Positions 52,835 to 62,242 of a stretch of DNA of 64,000 bases are shown piece after piece. The position numbers and the translations under genes are program-made. Position 1 is the stretch's first letter. Every line of letters starts with the position of its first letter. A model generated the notes under the pieces. The model did not search any database, was not told the DNA's origin, and saw only the letters and a program-made list of their open reading frames with translations. The stretch covers positions 16,356-80,355 of the forward strand of contig JAPKYZ010000051.1 in the NCBI GenBank assembly GCA_026394055.1. The letters are read 5' to 3'. The stretch is from Acidobacteriota bacterium. GTDB lineage: Bacteria; Acidobacteriota; Terriglobia; Bryobacterales; Bryobacteraceae.

Positions 52835-53350
52835 CTATTCAAGCGCGGTCTGGTCATTCACCCGGAGCCGCGCGGCTGGCGCGGGCACCATCACCTCCAC
52901 GGCAAACGGCTGCAGCACCTGAGCACACATCACACCGGGATCGGAAACGGACCACGCCTCAACCACCCACACCCCATCGGCCGCAGCGCGAGCTGGAATG
53001 CGCAGCCGCAGTTGGTGGCAGGGGTTGGGGAGAGACCCCGTGATCAGGACCGGGCGAGCCGTTCCGGACGGCCCGCCCAACTTCACCGATTCGAGGAACA
53101 CGGGTCCGCTGACCCGGCGCGCGTCACCCGGCTGCTCAGCATAAGGATTCGTCAACTTTGCCTCCACCGGGATTGAGCGACTGGGCTGCGCCAACCTGGG
53201 CGCGGAGCTCCGGACGCCGCCGCAGCACGCCAGAATCAGCCCCGCCGCCGCCAGTCCTACCGGCCTGCGACGCCTTTTCGAATCGCTCACCCTGTATTGG
53301 GTCACACCGCTCACCAGATATCTGAATCGACTTCTGTCCGACTCTATCAT
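52835..53350 (-). CDS. hypothetical lipoprotein
   Basis: Lipobox-like 'AAAGLILACCGG' after an Arg-rich n-region. Start uncertain; the ORF extends to 53452, overlapping the formyltransferase gene. Confidence 0.35.
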   Translation of the reverse strand: MIESDRSRFRYLVSGVTQYRVSDSKRRRRPVGLAAAGLILACCGGVRSSAPRLAQPSRSIPVEAKLTNPYAEQPGDARRVSGPVFLESVKLGGPSGTARPVLITGSLPNPCHQLRLRIPARAAADGVWVVEAWSVSDPGVMCAQVLQPFAVEVMVPAPAARLRVNDQTALE

Positions 53351-53382
53351 TTGAGCCAACGCGAGCAACCGCGCAGCCAAGC

Positions 53383-54273
53383 CTAGAGCGGTGCGGCGCT
53401 TTGCTTCAAGTGCTGGCTCAGCAGCGCTTCCACCTTGGTGGGGCCGGTGCAATGCCTGGTTTCACTCGCGGCATCGGCGGGGAGAAACTGCCGTAGCACT
53501 TTTGAGTAATCAACGAGGTCGTACAAGGGGAACTTCTTCGCGCGGCTCGCGCGGTACTCCTCGATGGTGGGTTGGCGGAAATAGCGGAAGGCGGCGCGGT
53601 CTTGCGGTACGACCGCGGGACAATCGCCACGCTCAATGGACTGGACCAACGCAAGCAGACTATCGATGCCCAGCCGGTACAGGTCGGGGATGTACGATTG
53701 CACCGCCCGGCCCGGTATTGCCGAAAGATGGGAGATCGAATAGACCGGGCCCGTGTCGATTCCCTGGTCAAGGAGGTGTACCGTGCAGCCCAAACGCGGC
53801 TCCTCATTCCAGACCGCCCGTAGCGGAGCCATCACGCCCGCGTAGCCCGGCAGGACGCCCGGATGGACGTTATAGGCGCCGCGCCGGGCGAGAGCCAGGA
53901 TGTGCGGCTTGAAGATCAAACTGAAGCGCGCACTGAGGATCAGGTCCGGTGCCCATATGGTCAGCCGCCGCGTGCTCTCGGTGCCGTTGATGTCATACTC
54001 ACGCTCGATCGAGATGCCGAAGGTGGCGGCCAGGGCGTTGAAGGTGAGCCATGCGCCGGTCGTGCGTTCGCCGTCGAGCGATGGAAAAAAGTGATCGAGC
54101 GGATACTCGCGCTCAAGAAACTTTTCGGCGCGCAATTCGGGGATGGTGCCTTCACCGCTACGTGCTTTGTCCGAGAGCAGGACCCTGATTTCGTGGTGCC
54201 GGAGCTCGGGCAACAGGTAGTTCAGGATGACGGCGCCAAACAGATCGTTCTTCGTGCACAGCAGCAGCTTCAT
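53383..54273 (-). CDS. formyltransferase-family protein (Fmt/ArnA N-terminal-like)
   Basis: Formyl-transferase fold with 'SARFSLIFKPHILALARRGAYNVHPGVLPGYAG' (the conserved His-containing N10-formyl-THF site). Confidence 0.6.
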   Translation of the reverse strand: MKLLLCTKNDLFGAVILNYLLPELRHHEIRVLLSDKARSGEGTIPELRAEKFLEREYPLDHFFPSLDGERTTGAWLTFNALAATFGISIEREYDINGTESTRRLTIWAPDLILSARFSLIFKPHILALARRGAYNVHPGVLPGYAGVMAPLRAVWNEEPRLGCTVHLLDQGIDTGPVYSISHLSAIPGRAVQSYIPDLYRLGIDSLLALVQSIERGDCPAVVPQDRAAFRYFRQPTIEEYRASRAKKFPLYDLVDYSKVLRQFLPADAASETRHCTGPTKVEALLSQHLKQSAAPL

Positions 54274-54457
54274 TAGTTAGTTGGCGGGAACCGGATCGAT
54301 TGGGCGAGCCCCGATCACTGGCTTTCAAGATATCCAACCAACGTGTTCGAGGCAATTTGCTGACGAGGGATGGCCGGGCACGGCAGCGGCGGGCAGGCTG
54401 GCGCGGATCGCGGCCACGCAAGCACGGGCGCAGCGCGATAAACTCTGCATAAGGCTC

Positions 54458-56413
54458 ATGAGACTGCGCTGCGCTCTTCCGCTTGCTGTTGTGCTGGGAT
54501 CGATCGCGCCGATCCACGCGCAGGACCAGGGGTTCGCCCAATCCCAAAGCTTCTTGAAGACGTACTGCCAAGCCTGCCATATCGGGAAAACTCCGGCGGG
54601 AGGCTTCCATCTGGAACGTGTCGACAAGCCGTCCAGCCTGGCCGCGGAGGCGGTGAAGTGGGCCTCCATGGCGCGCCGCGTCCACAACGGTGAGATGCCG
54701 CCCAAAGGTGCTCCCAAGCCCACCGTGGACGAACTGGAGCAGTTCTCCCAGTGGACCACCCAGGCGCTCCGCACGGAAGCCTGCGCCGGGGGCATCAAGC
54801 CCGGACCCGCGCCGATCCGCCGCTTGAACCGCGACGAGTACTCCGCCACCATCCGCGACCTGCTGGATATCCATTTGGACATTGGCTCCGCGCTACCGGC
54901 TGACGGCGGCGGCGGTGAGGGCTTTGACAATGCGGCGGAGACGCTGTTCCTGTCGCCCATCCATTCCGAAAAATACATGGAGGCGGCCAAGTTTGCCACC
55001 GACTTTGCGGCCAAGGAATTCAAGTCCCGGCAAAAGCTGCTGATCGCGAAGCCCGGGCCGGGCGTGACGGAGCAGCAAGCGGCGCGCAAGATTTTGGAAA
55101 GCTTTCTACCGCGTGCCTTCCGGCAGCCGGTGACGGCGGGCGATGTGTCGCTCTACCTCAGCCTGTTTGAGGCCGCCCGCAAGCAAGGCCGCGACTACGA
55201 GGAGGCGGTCTTCTTTGCCGTGCGTGGTGCACTGGTCTCGCCCAAGTTTCTCTTCCGGGTGGAGCAACCCAATCGCACGGCGGTGGTGCAGCCGGTCAGC
55301 GACTATCAGCTGGCCTCGCGGCTGTCTTACTTTTTGTGGGGCAGCATGCCGGATGAGTTGTTGCTCGACGCTGCCGCCGCCGGCAAGTTGCGTGAGCCTG
55401 CCGTGTTGAAGGCACTGGTGGCGCGCATGCTCCGCAACGACCGTTCGCTGGGCTTTGCGCAGCGCTTCATTGAGCAATGGCTGGGCACGCGGGATCTGAT
55501 GGGCACCAAGAAGCCCGATACCAAGCTCTACCCGATGTTCGACAACGATGAGGAGTTGCGCAGCGACATCCGGTTGCAGCCCGTGCTGTTCTTCCGCGAA
55601 CTGCTGATGCAAAACCTGCCAGTGCTGGACCTGATCGATTCCACCCACACCATCGGCACCCGCAACCTGGCCAAGCTCTATGAAGTAAAGCTGCCCGTGC
55701 CGCGTGATTCCGCCAACCAGCCGCACTGGATGGAACTTCCGCCCAACAGCAACCGCGGCGGCATCCTGGGCATGCCGGCGATCATGGCCGTCTCGTCGTA
55801 CCCCTACCGCACCAGCCCGGTGCTGCGCGGCGCCTGGATCCTTGATGCCATGCTGGGCACTCCGCCGCCACCACCGCCGCCCAATGTTCCGGCGCTCGAA
55901 GAAGCGAAGGCCGGAGCGCCGAACCGCACGATGCGGGAGCGGCTGGCTGAACATCGCGCGAATGCGGTCTGCGCCAGTTGCCACAGCCGGATGGATGGCC
56001 TGGGCTTTGCGCTCGAGAACTACGACGTCATCGGCCGCTGGCGGACCGAGGATGCCGGCAAGCTGATCGACAATTCGGGCGACCTAGGCCCGGTGCACTT
56101 CAAAGGCTCCGGCGAGCTGCGCAAAGTGCTGCTCGATCGCAAGGACCTGTTCGTGCGCAACCTGACGAACAAGATGCTCGGCTATGCGCTGGGCCGCGGG
56201 TTGACCTTGCAGGACTCCTGCACCGTCGACGCCATTGTCGACCAAGTGCGAAATAATGGTTACCGGGCGCAGGCGCTGGTGGAAGCCATTGTGCTGAGCG
56301 TTCCGTTCCGGTATCAGGCGCCGTTGCCCGTGGCCAAGCCGCCCGCAGCGCCGGCGGTCCCCTCAAAGCTGGTGGCGGTGAATCGGCCACCGAAGCAAAT
56401 CGAGAAGGAGTAA
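54458..56413 (+). CDS. DUF1592/DUF1595/DUF1587/DUF1588/DUF1585-type protein (PSD1/PSCyt family) with two CxxCH motifs
   Basis: Signal peptide. 'CQACH' near the N-terminus and 'CASCH' near the C-terminus. Architecture typical of Planctomycetota/Acidobacteriota proteins paired with DUF1552. Confidence 0.65.
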   Translation: MRLRCALPLAVVLGSIAPIHAQDQGFAQSQSFLKTYCQACHIGKTPAGGFHLERVDKPSSLAAEAVKWASMARRVHNGEMPPKGAPKPTVDELEQFSQWTTQALRTEACAGGIKPGPAPIRRLNRDEYSATIRDLLDIHLDIGSALPADGGGGEGFDNAAETLFLSPIHSEKYMEAAKFATDFAAKEFKSRQKLLIAKPGPGVTEQQAARKILESFLPRAFRQPVTAGDVSLYLSLFEAARKQGRDYEEAVFFAVRGALVSPKFLFRVEQPNRTAVVQPVSDYQLASRLSYFLWGSMPDELLLDAAAAGKLREPAVLKALVARMLRNDRSLGFAQRFIEQWLGTRDLMGTKKPDTKLYPMFDNDEELRSDIRLQPVLFFRELLMQNLPVLDLIDSTHTIGTRNLAKLYEVKLPVPRDSANQPHWMELPPNSNRGGILGMPAIMAVSSYPYRTSPVLRGAWILDAMLGTPPPPPPPNVPALEEAKAGAPNRTMRERLAEHRANAVCASCHSRMDGLGFALENYDVIGRWRTEDAGKLIDNSGDLGPVHFKGSGELRKVLLDRKDLFVRNLTNKMLGYALGRGLTLQDSCTVDAIVDQVRNNGYRAQALVEAIVLSVPFRYQAPLPVAKPPAAPAVPSKLVAVNRPPKQIEKE

Positions 56414-56420
56414 GGCAGGC

Positions 56421-57764
56421 ATGAAGAACCGTCTCAATCTATCGCGCCGATCCGTGCTGCGGGGCGCGGGCGTCGCGCTCGGCTTGCCGTGGCTGGAAGC
56501 GATGCATGCCACGCCCGTCAACGCCGCGACGGGCGCGAGCATCAACCCGGTTCGCATGGCGATGCTCTACATGCCCAATGGCGTGAACGTGCCCGCCTGG
56601 ACGCCCAAGGGCAAAGGGCGCGATTTTGAGCTGTCGCCGACGCTGGAACCGTTGGCCGCTTTGAAGGACCGCGTGACGCTGTTCTCCAACCTGTGGAACG
56701 AAGGGGCGAAAAGCGGCGACGGTCACTATGTTAAGGAAGCGGCCATCCTCACCTGCACCACTATCAAAAAGACGCAGGGCGCGGACTTGGCCAACGGCAT
56801 CTCCGTGGACCAGCTGGCGGCCCAACGCATCGCCGGACAGACGCCGCTGCCGTCGCTCGAATTGGGCGTCACGCCCGTGGCCATTGGCGTCGATGCGGTG
56901 GTGGGCTACACGCGGGTCTATGGGTCACACATTGCGTGGGCCAATCCGCAAACGCCCTTGGCGCGTGAGATCAACCCGCGTTCGGTGTATGAGCGGCTGT
57001 TCCGCGCCGCCTCCGGCACGCCGGTCGATGCCGCCCGCATGGATGCGTTATTGCTGGACCGCGTGTTGGGCGATGCCAAGCAACTCCGCGGACAAGTCGG
57101 CACCGCGGACCGGATTCGCATTGACGAGTATCTCTCCGTGATGCGTGGCCTCGAAGAACGCGTGCAGCGCGCCGGTAGCGGACAAAAGAGCACCTGGAAA
57201 CCGAAGGCCACGCTCGACCCCAAAGGCGCGCCAGTCGAGAAGCCCAAAGATCACGCCGAGCATGTCCGCCTGATGATGGACATGATCGCCGTCGCCTTCC
57301 AGACCGACACGACGCGCGTCGCCACCTTCATGTTCGGCAACTCGGTCAGCAACATCAGCTTCCGGTGGCTGGAAGGCGTCAGCGCGGGCCACCACGACGT
57401 CTCGCACCACCAGAAGGAAGAAGACAAGCTGCGGCAGTATCACTTGATCAACCGCTGGCATGTGGCGCAGTACGCCTATCTGCTGGGCCGCCTGGCGGAG
57501 ATGAAGGAAGGCGAATCGACAGTGCTCGACAACTCGATGGTGATGTTCGCCTCGGCATTGAGCGATGGCAATAGCCACAACCCGCACAACCTGCCGATCA
57601 TCCTGGGCGGTCGCGCTGGCGGACGCATCCAGAGCGGTCAACACATTGTCTCGGCGGAGGACAGCCCGCTGGCCAACCTTTACGTGTCGATGCTCGATGC
57701 ATTCGGGACACCAGTGGAGCGGTTCGCCGACAGCACCGGACCATTGGCGGGCTTGCTCGCGTAA
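56421..57764 (+). CDS. DUF1552-domain protein (Tat-signal, partner of DUF1592 proteins)
   Basis: Twin-arginine signal 'SRRSVLRGAGVALGLPWLEA'. Starts 7 bp after the upstream gene. Confidence 0.65.
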   Translation: MKNRLNLSRRSVLRGAGVALGLPWLEAMHATPVNAATGASINPVRMAMLYMPNGVNVPAWTPKGKGRDFELSPTLEPLAALKDRVTLFSNLWNEGAKSGDGHYVKEAAILTCTTIKKTQGADLANGISVDQLAAQRIAGQTPLPSLELGVTPVAIGVDAVVGYTRVYGSHIAWANPQTPLAREINPRSVYERLFRAASGTPVDAARMDALLLDRVLGDAKQLRGQVGTADRIRIDEYLSVMRGLEERVQRAGSGQKSTWKPKATLDPKGAPVEKPKDHAEHVRLMMDMIAVAFQTDTTRVATFMFGNSVSNISFRWLEGVSAGHHDVSHHQKEEDKLRQYHLINRWHVAQYAYLLGRLAEMKEGESTVLDNSMVMFASALSDGNSHNPHNLPIILGGRAGGRIQSGQHIVSAEDSPLANLYVSMLDAFGTPVERFADSTGPLAGLLA

Positions 57765-57771
57765 GGCGACT

Positions 57772-58179
57772 ATGCGCAGCCTGCTCCTGTTTCTGGTTGC
57801 TTGCGCGTCGCTGGCGGCGGAGGACCTCACCGGCATCTGGATCGGCCGCATCCCGGCGCGCAATGGTGAGCTGCAGGAGATCGCCTTCCAGATCACCCAG
57901 ACCGGCACCAAGATCAGCGGCAAGCTCTACGGCGATTACCAGAGCAGCCCCATCATCCAAGGCCTGGTTTCCGACGGCCTGCTGACCTTCGTCGTCGCCA
58001 GCGCCGAACAGGCTGGTAATCAGATCAACACCGCCCGCATCCGCTTCACCGGCAAAGTGAAGGACGGCGTGATGGACCTGATGCGGGAGCGGGAAGCCGC
58101 CATCGACGCCATCAACGGCGCCAACGCCGACAATCGGCCCACGCCCAAGGTGTCATTTCAGTTGAAGCGGCTGCTGTAG
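57772..58179 (+). CDS. hypothetical small secreted protein
   Basis: 135 aa. Signal peptide 'MRSLLLFLVACASLAAE'. Starts 7 bp after the DUF1552 gene. Confidence 0.45.
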   Translation: MRSLLLFLVACASLAAEDLTGIWIGRIPARNGELQEIAFQITQTGTKISGKLYGDYQSSPIIQGLVSDGLLTFVVASAEQAGNQINTARIRFTGKVKDGVMDLMREREAAIDAINGANADNRPTPKVSFQLKRLL

Positions 58180-58222
58180 GCTCGCGGCAACGGGCGGCTT
58201 GAATCACGGCCGCCCAATTGAG

Positions 58223-58350
58223 TTCCCGCAAAGGCGCTAAGACGCAAAGAGAATTCTTTGAAGCATGAGGGGCTCGAAGGGAGTCGCCGCTAATTTGGGC
58301 TCTCCCAAGACTACCCATCCATTCTTTGCGCCTTTGCGTCTTTGCGGGAA
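58223..58350. repeat. imperfect inverted repeat built from CGCAAAG-type heptamer/octamer arrays
   Basis: Arm 1 'ttcccgcaaaggcgctaagacgcaaagagaat' (58223-58254). Reverse complement of arm 2 (58321-58350) = 'ttcccgcaaagacgcaaaggcgcaaagaat'. Arms ~66 bp apart, between convergent genes. Confidence 0.6.
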
Positions 58351-58363
58351 AAACCAGCGACGC

Positions 58364-58603
58364 TTAGTACGCCAGCTGCAACACGCTGTACTCGAACAGT
58401 GCCGGGTCCAGGCCGCGGGAGCGCAGTGCTAACGCGCACTCTTCCGGGCTCGAGCCGATGGCTTGGATCAAGCGCAGCGGCAACGTGTGCGGATCATACA
58501 CGGGTAGAGCAATCCAGCGTCCGGCGAGGGCACGGCGTTGGGCAATGGAGAGGACGTCGGGCGACAGGCCAAGGGCGGCCTCGCCCGCGGACGAGGCGGT
58601 CAT
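58364..58603 (-). CDS. hypothetical small protein, translationally coupled to the upstream gene
   Basis: 80 aa from ATG 58603. Overlaps the stop of the 350-aa gene (CAATGA). Confidence 0.4.
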   Translation of the reverse strand: MTASSAGEAALGLSPDVLSIAQRRALAGRWIALPVYDPHTLPLRLIQAIGSSPEECALALRSRGLDPALFEYSVLQLAY

Positions 58604-59652
58604 TGGAACTTCTTCAACTCCACGATCAACGCGTCCAGCCCTTTGCGGCGGTAGATCTCGGCCAATCGCTGTTCCTCGGGCGACGCACCGCGCACCCGGC
58701 GAGCCGGCACCCACACTGTGCCGTCCTCGTACTCCACCGTCGAGACGTAGCTCGATACACCACCCAGGTCCACCGGGAAGCGCATGCTCAGCAGCTCTTC
58801 GACCGCGCGCCGCTCGCCCGGCGGGAGAGCGACAGTGGCCGGAGTGGCACCGCCGCGATACTCCTTGCCAGCAGCGTCCCGCACCACCCAGGCAATGTCG
58901 AGGTGACGAATTGATTTTTGCGAGCGGTTGGCGATTTCCAGACGCGGGTGCCGCAGTTCACGGTCGCCCACTTCCGCCGAGCCCGTCAAAATCTCGACCG
59001 GTGAATCCGGTACTCGCAACGCCGCTACTTGCATGGTCTGGCCACCGGCCACTGCCGGACGGCCGCGCGAGAGCTGAACATCCAGGCGCGGATCGGTATC
59101 CTGCCGCGTCAACGAGGCCACCATCTCCTGCCGCAACGCATCGGAGCTGCGGCGGAGAGCGTCGAGGAAGTACTTCCGGTCCCGCCGGGCTTCCAGCTCC
59201 CAGGCCAGCATCGCACGCCGCGAGTTCAGCTTGTTGGGGCCATAAAATGCCAGCGAGTCAAACAACACACCATCGAGCAGCACCCGCACCGGAGCATTCA
59301 TCCCAGCGCGCGGCCGCAACAGGCGCAGATCGATCCGGAGCGGAAATGTCTCGCCCGGGCCGACGTCCAAGCTCGGCACCGTCACCGACGCCTTGCCCCC
59401 CGCCGTCAGCTCTTCCGCCGCCACCAGCAACGCCACCGCGCGCAACCGCTGCGTCGACGTGTTCTTGAGCACTAGTGCCGCCTTGACGTCCAGCACCAGC
59501 GCGCCGCCCATCGACGACACACGTGACCCTGAAGCATCCACCGACACCGGCGACAACGGACCGTCGGGCGGGAACTGCACCTGCAAATCCGCCCACGCCG
59601 TCACCGCGGCCAGCGTGCCCAAAATCCCGAATTGGAGCAGTTGGCGCATCAA
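58600..59652 (-). CDS. hypothetical secreted protein (downstream of anti-sigma factor)
   Basis: 350 aa. Signal peptide 'MMRQLLQFGILGTLAAVTAWA'. 4-bp overlap with the anti-sigma gene. Confidence 0.5.
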   Translation of the reverse strand: MMRQLLQFGILGTLAAVTAWADLQVQFPPDGPLSPVSVDASGSRVSSMGGALVLDVKAALVLKNTSTQRLRAVALLVAAEELTAGGKASVTVPSLDVGPGETFPLRIDLRLLRPRAGMNAPVRVLLDGVLFDSLAFYGPNKLNSRRAMLAWELEARRDRKYFLDALRRSSDALRQEMVASLTRQDTDPRLDVQLSRGRPAVAGGQTMQVAALRVPDSPVEILTGSAEVGDRELRHPRLEIANRSQKSIRHLDIAWVVRDAAGKEYRGGATPATVALPPGERRAVEELLSMRFPVDLGGVSSYVSTVEYEDGTVWVPARRVRGASPEEQRLAEIYRRKGLDALIVELKKFQ

Positions 59653-60230
59653 TCCATCTCACTCGACAAGCTGACCTGCGTGATGGTCACCTGTCCGGTT
59701 TCTACATCCACGGCCTGCATCTTGGCGCCGCGGGTATCGATCGAAAACTGCACGTGGTTGGCGCGCGGGCTCATCAGGGAGATCCCGTGCCCGTCATGCT
59801 GCAACAGCACGCCCGACGGCGTCGCCTCGATCACCGTGCCTTGCGAAGAGAGCGAGGCAAAGGCGGGCGAAGCGAACTTCGGAGCGCTCAAGTACCACCC
59901 CGTCAGCACCACCGCCATCGCGGAACTCACGGCCACCGCCATCCGCCAGCCCATCGGCTCCGGCCGGGCGATCGCCTGGGCGACGCACTCGCCGGCTTCG
60001 AGACCGACGCGGATGTTGCCCCGCATTTCGCGCGACAAACGGTCCCAGTTGACGCCCTCCGGCATCTGGTCGGCGGCATCTTTCAGCACATCCCGATCCA
60101 CCCGGTACTGCGTCCGCAGCGACTTGCAGCGCCCGCAGACCGACAGGTGGTGCCGCACCCGCCAGTACTCCACAAAGCCCAGGTCACCGGTCGCCAGCAG
60201 AGCGATTTGCGTATCGGTGAGGTGCTTCAT
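59649..60230 (-). CDS. anti-sigma factor (zinc-finger, single TM)
   Basis: 'HLSVCGRC' zf-HC2-type motif. Central TM 'MAVAVSSAMAVVLTGWYL'. 4-bp overlap with the ECF sigma gene. Confidence 0.65.
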   Translation of the reverse strand: MKHLTDTQIALLATGDLGFVEYWRVRHHLSVCGRCKSLRTQYRVDRDVLKDAADQMPEGVNWDRLSREMRGNIRVGLEAGECVAQAIARPEPMGWRMAVAVSSAMAVVLTGWYLSAPKFASPAFASLSSQGTVIEATPSGVLLQHDGHGISLMSPRANHVQFSIDTRGAKMQAVDVETGQVTITQVSLSSEMD

Positions 60231-60790
60231 CGGGGGGACCTTTCTAGAAACTTGCGGAACTTCGTGCGGGCATTGGCGATGTGGGAGCGGACCGTGGCCT
60301 TGGAGCAGTTCAACCGTTGCGCCACTTCTTCAGCCGGGAGATCTTCGACGTCGCGCATCAGCAGCGCCACGCGCTCCCGCCCGGTGAGTGTGTCGAGGCC
60401 GCGGTCCAGGAACGCCCGCTTCTCGGCGCGCAGAACCCGCGCTTCGGGGTTCTCGTACGCGGCGTCCACCAGCGGCTCCACCACATCGTCAATGTTCGAA
60501 AACGAGACGCGTCCGTGGCGGCGCAGGAAATCGATGGCGGTATTGGAGGCGATCCGGCTCAGCCAGTGCGCCGATTTCTCCATGTCCTTCAGTTGGTCCT
60601 TGCGTTGCAAGGCTTTAATGAAGGTTTCCTGCGTCAGGTCCTGGGCATCGGAGACGTTGCCCACCAGACGGTAAATCAACAGGAAGACGCGTCTCAGATT
60701 TTCTTGGACGAATCGGTCTTGCTGTTCGCGGAGTTCGGATGCTGGAGCTGTTTCGCCCATCGCCTCGATTTTCGTCCGCTGCACTTGCAT
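60227..60790 (-). CDS. ECF (sigma-70 family, group 4) RNA polymerase sigma factor
   Basis: Region 2 'LTQETFIKALQR' and region 4 'ERVALLMRDVEDLPAEEVAQRLNCSKATVRSHIANAR'. Confidence 0.85.
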   Translation of the reverse strand: MQVQRTKIEAMGETAPASELREQQDRFVQENLRRVFLLIYRLVGNVSDAQDLTQETFIKALQRKDQLKDMEKSAHWLSRIASNTAIDFLRRHGRVSFSNIDDVVEPLVDAAYENPEARVLRAEKRAFLDRGLDTLTGRERVALLMRDVEDLPAEEVAQRLNCSKATVRSHIANARTKFRKFLERSPR

Positions 60791-60842
60791 CTCATAACGG
60801 TTGACGCAGACACCCCGCTAAACGTGCAGCTATCCTGATTAT

Positions 60843-61997
60843 ATGAGACCTGTGGCCGTTGCCGGAATAGGAAAAACAGCTTTTGGAGCCTTTCCGGACA
60901 AAGACTTGCGCCTTCTGTCCGTCGAAGCGATCAACTTGGCGCTAAAAGACGCCGAAATCGGGCCCGATCAGGTGGAAGCGTTCTATCTGGGCAACTTCGC
61001 CGGTCCGTCATTTGTCGGACAAAACCACCTGGCGCCCTACGTCGCCTCCGCCGCCGGCATCCATGGCGTGCCTTGCACCCGGTTTGAAGCCGCCTGCGCC
61101 TCCAGCGGCTCCGCGTTCTTCCACGCCGTGACGGCTGTTGCCGCGGGCGTCTATGACGTCGTGATCGCCGCCGGGGTGGAGGTGATGACCAAGCAGCCCA
61201 CGCCGCGGGTGACCGAGATTCTGGCCGCTGCCGGCGATGTCGGTGGTGAAGTGGCCGCCGGTGCCACCTTCCCCGCCCTGTTCGCCATGATCGCCCGGCG
61301 CCATATGTACCAATACGGCACCACCCGGGAGCATCTGGCCTCCGTCGCCGTGAAGAATCACCTGAACGGCTCCAAGAACCCGCAAGCGCATCTGCGCAAA
61401 GTGATCACGCTGGAGCAGGCGCTGAGCGGCAAACCGATCGCCGAGCCGCTGACGGTCTACGACTGCTCCCTGATCTCCGATGGCGCGGCCGCGGTGGTGA
61501 TCATGGCCGCGGATCGCGCCCCGGCGGGCCGCTCCGTCCGGGTGAAAGGCATCGCCCAATCGTCGGACCATTTTGCGCTCGACCAAAAGGAAGACATCAC
61601 CACCTTCAGCGCCAACCGCCGCGCCGCCGCGCATGCGTACCAGATGGCCGGCGTCACCGCTGATGACATCGAGATCGCCGAAGTGCACGACTGCTTCACC
61701 ATCGCCGAAATCGTCGCCATGGAGGACCTGGGCTTCTGCGCCAAAGGCCACGGCGGCCACTACGTCGCCTCCGGCGCGACGGGCTTGACCGGCCTGCGCC
61801 CCGTAAACACCAGCGGCGGCCTGAAATCAAAAGGCCACCCCGTGGGCGCCACCGGCGTGGGCCAAATCTGCGATCTGACGATCCAACTCCGCGGCGAAGC
61901 GGGAGAGCGGCAAGTGAAGAGCGCGCAACTCGCGCTCGCCCAAAACCTGGGCGGCAGCGGAGCCACCGCCGTCGTCACCATCTTGGAGGCCATCTAA
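60843..61997 (+). CDS. thiolase-family protein (SCP-x/archaeal-type acetyl-CoA C-acyltransferase-like)
   Basis: Thiolase active-site Cys context 'CTRFEAACASSGSA'. C-terminal 'NTSGGLKSKGHPVGATG'. Confidence 0.8.
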   Translation: MRPVAVAGIGKTAFGAFPDKDLRLLSVEAINLALKDAEIGPDQVEAFYLGNFAGPSFVGQNHLAPYVASAAGIHGVPCTRFEAACASSGSAFFHAVTAVAAGVYDVVIAAGVEVMTKQPTPRVTEILAAAGDVGGEVAAGATFPALFAMIARRHMYQYGTTREHLASVAVKNHLNGSKNPQAHLRKVITLEQALSGKPIAEPLTVYDCSLISDGAAAVVIMAADRAPAGRSVRVKGIAQSSDHFALDQKEDITTFSANRRAAAHAYQMAGVTADDIEIAEVHDCFTIAEIVAMEDLGFCAKGHGGHYVASGATGLTGLRPVNTSGGLKSKGHPVGATGVGQICDLTIQLRGEAGERQVKSAQLALAQNLGGSGATAVVTILEAI

Positions 61998-62200
61998 TGA
62001 CCGGAGTTGTCTACACCGAATCCGTCGTCCACGCCGCCCCCGCGCAGCTGGTGACCGAAGCCCCCTACCAGATCGCCATCATCACCCTCGACTCCGGCGG
62101 CCGCCTCACCGCCCGCATTACAGGCGACCGGGTCACCATCGGCGACGCCGTGCAGTTGGTGCGGGAAGAAGCGGGCGTGAAGTTTTTCAGCAAGGTGTAA
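61997..62200 (+). CDS. small OB-fold protein (DUF35 C-terminal-like thiolase partner, lacks zinc ribbon)
   Basis: 67 aa overlapping the thiolase stop (ATGA-like). 'EAPYQIAIITLDSGGRLTARITG' OB-fold pattern. Confidence 0.45.
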   Translation: MTGVVYTESVVHAAPAQLVTEAPYQIAIITLDSGGRLTARITGDRVTIGDAVQLVREEAGVKFFSKV

Positions 62201-62242
62201 TCCGCATCCCCCAATTGATCGGCCCGCAGCGAGATCAGCCGA

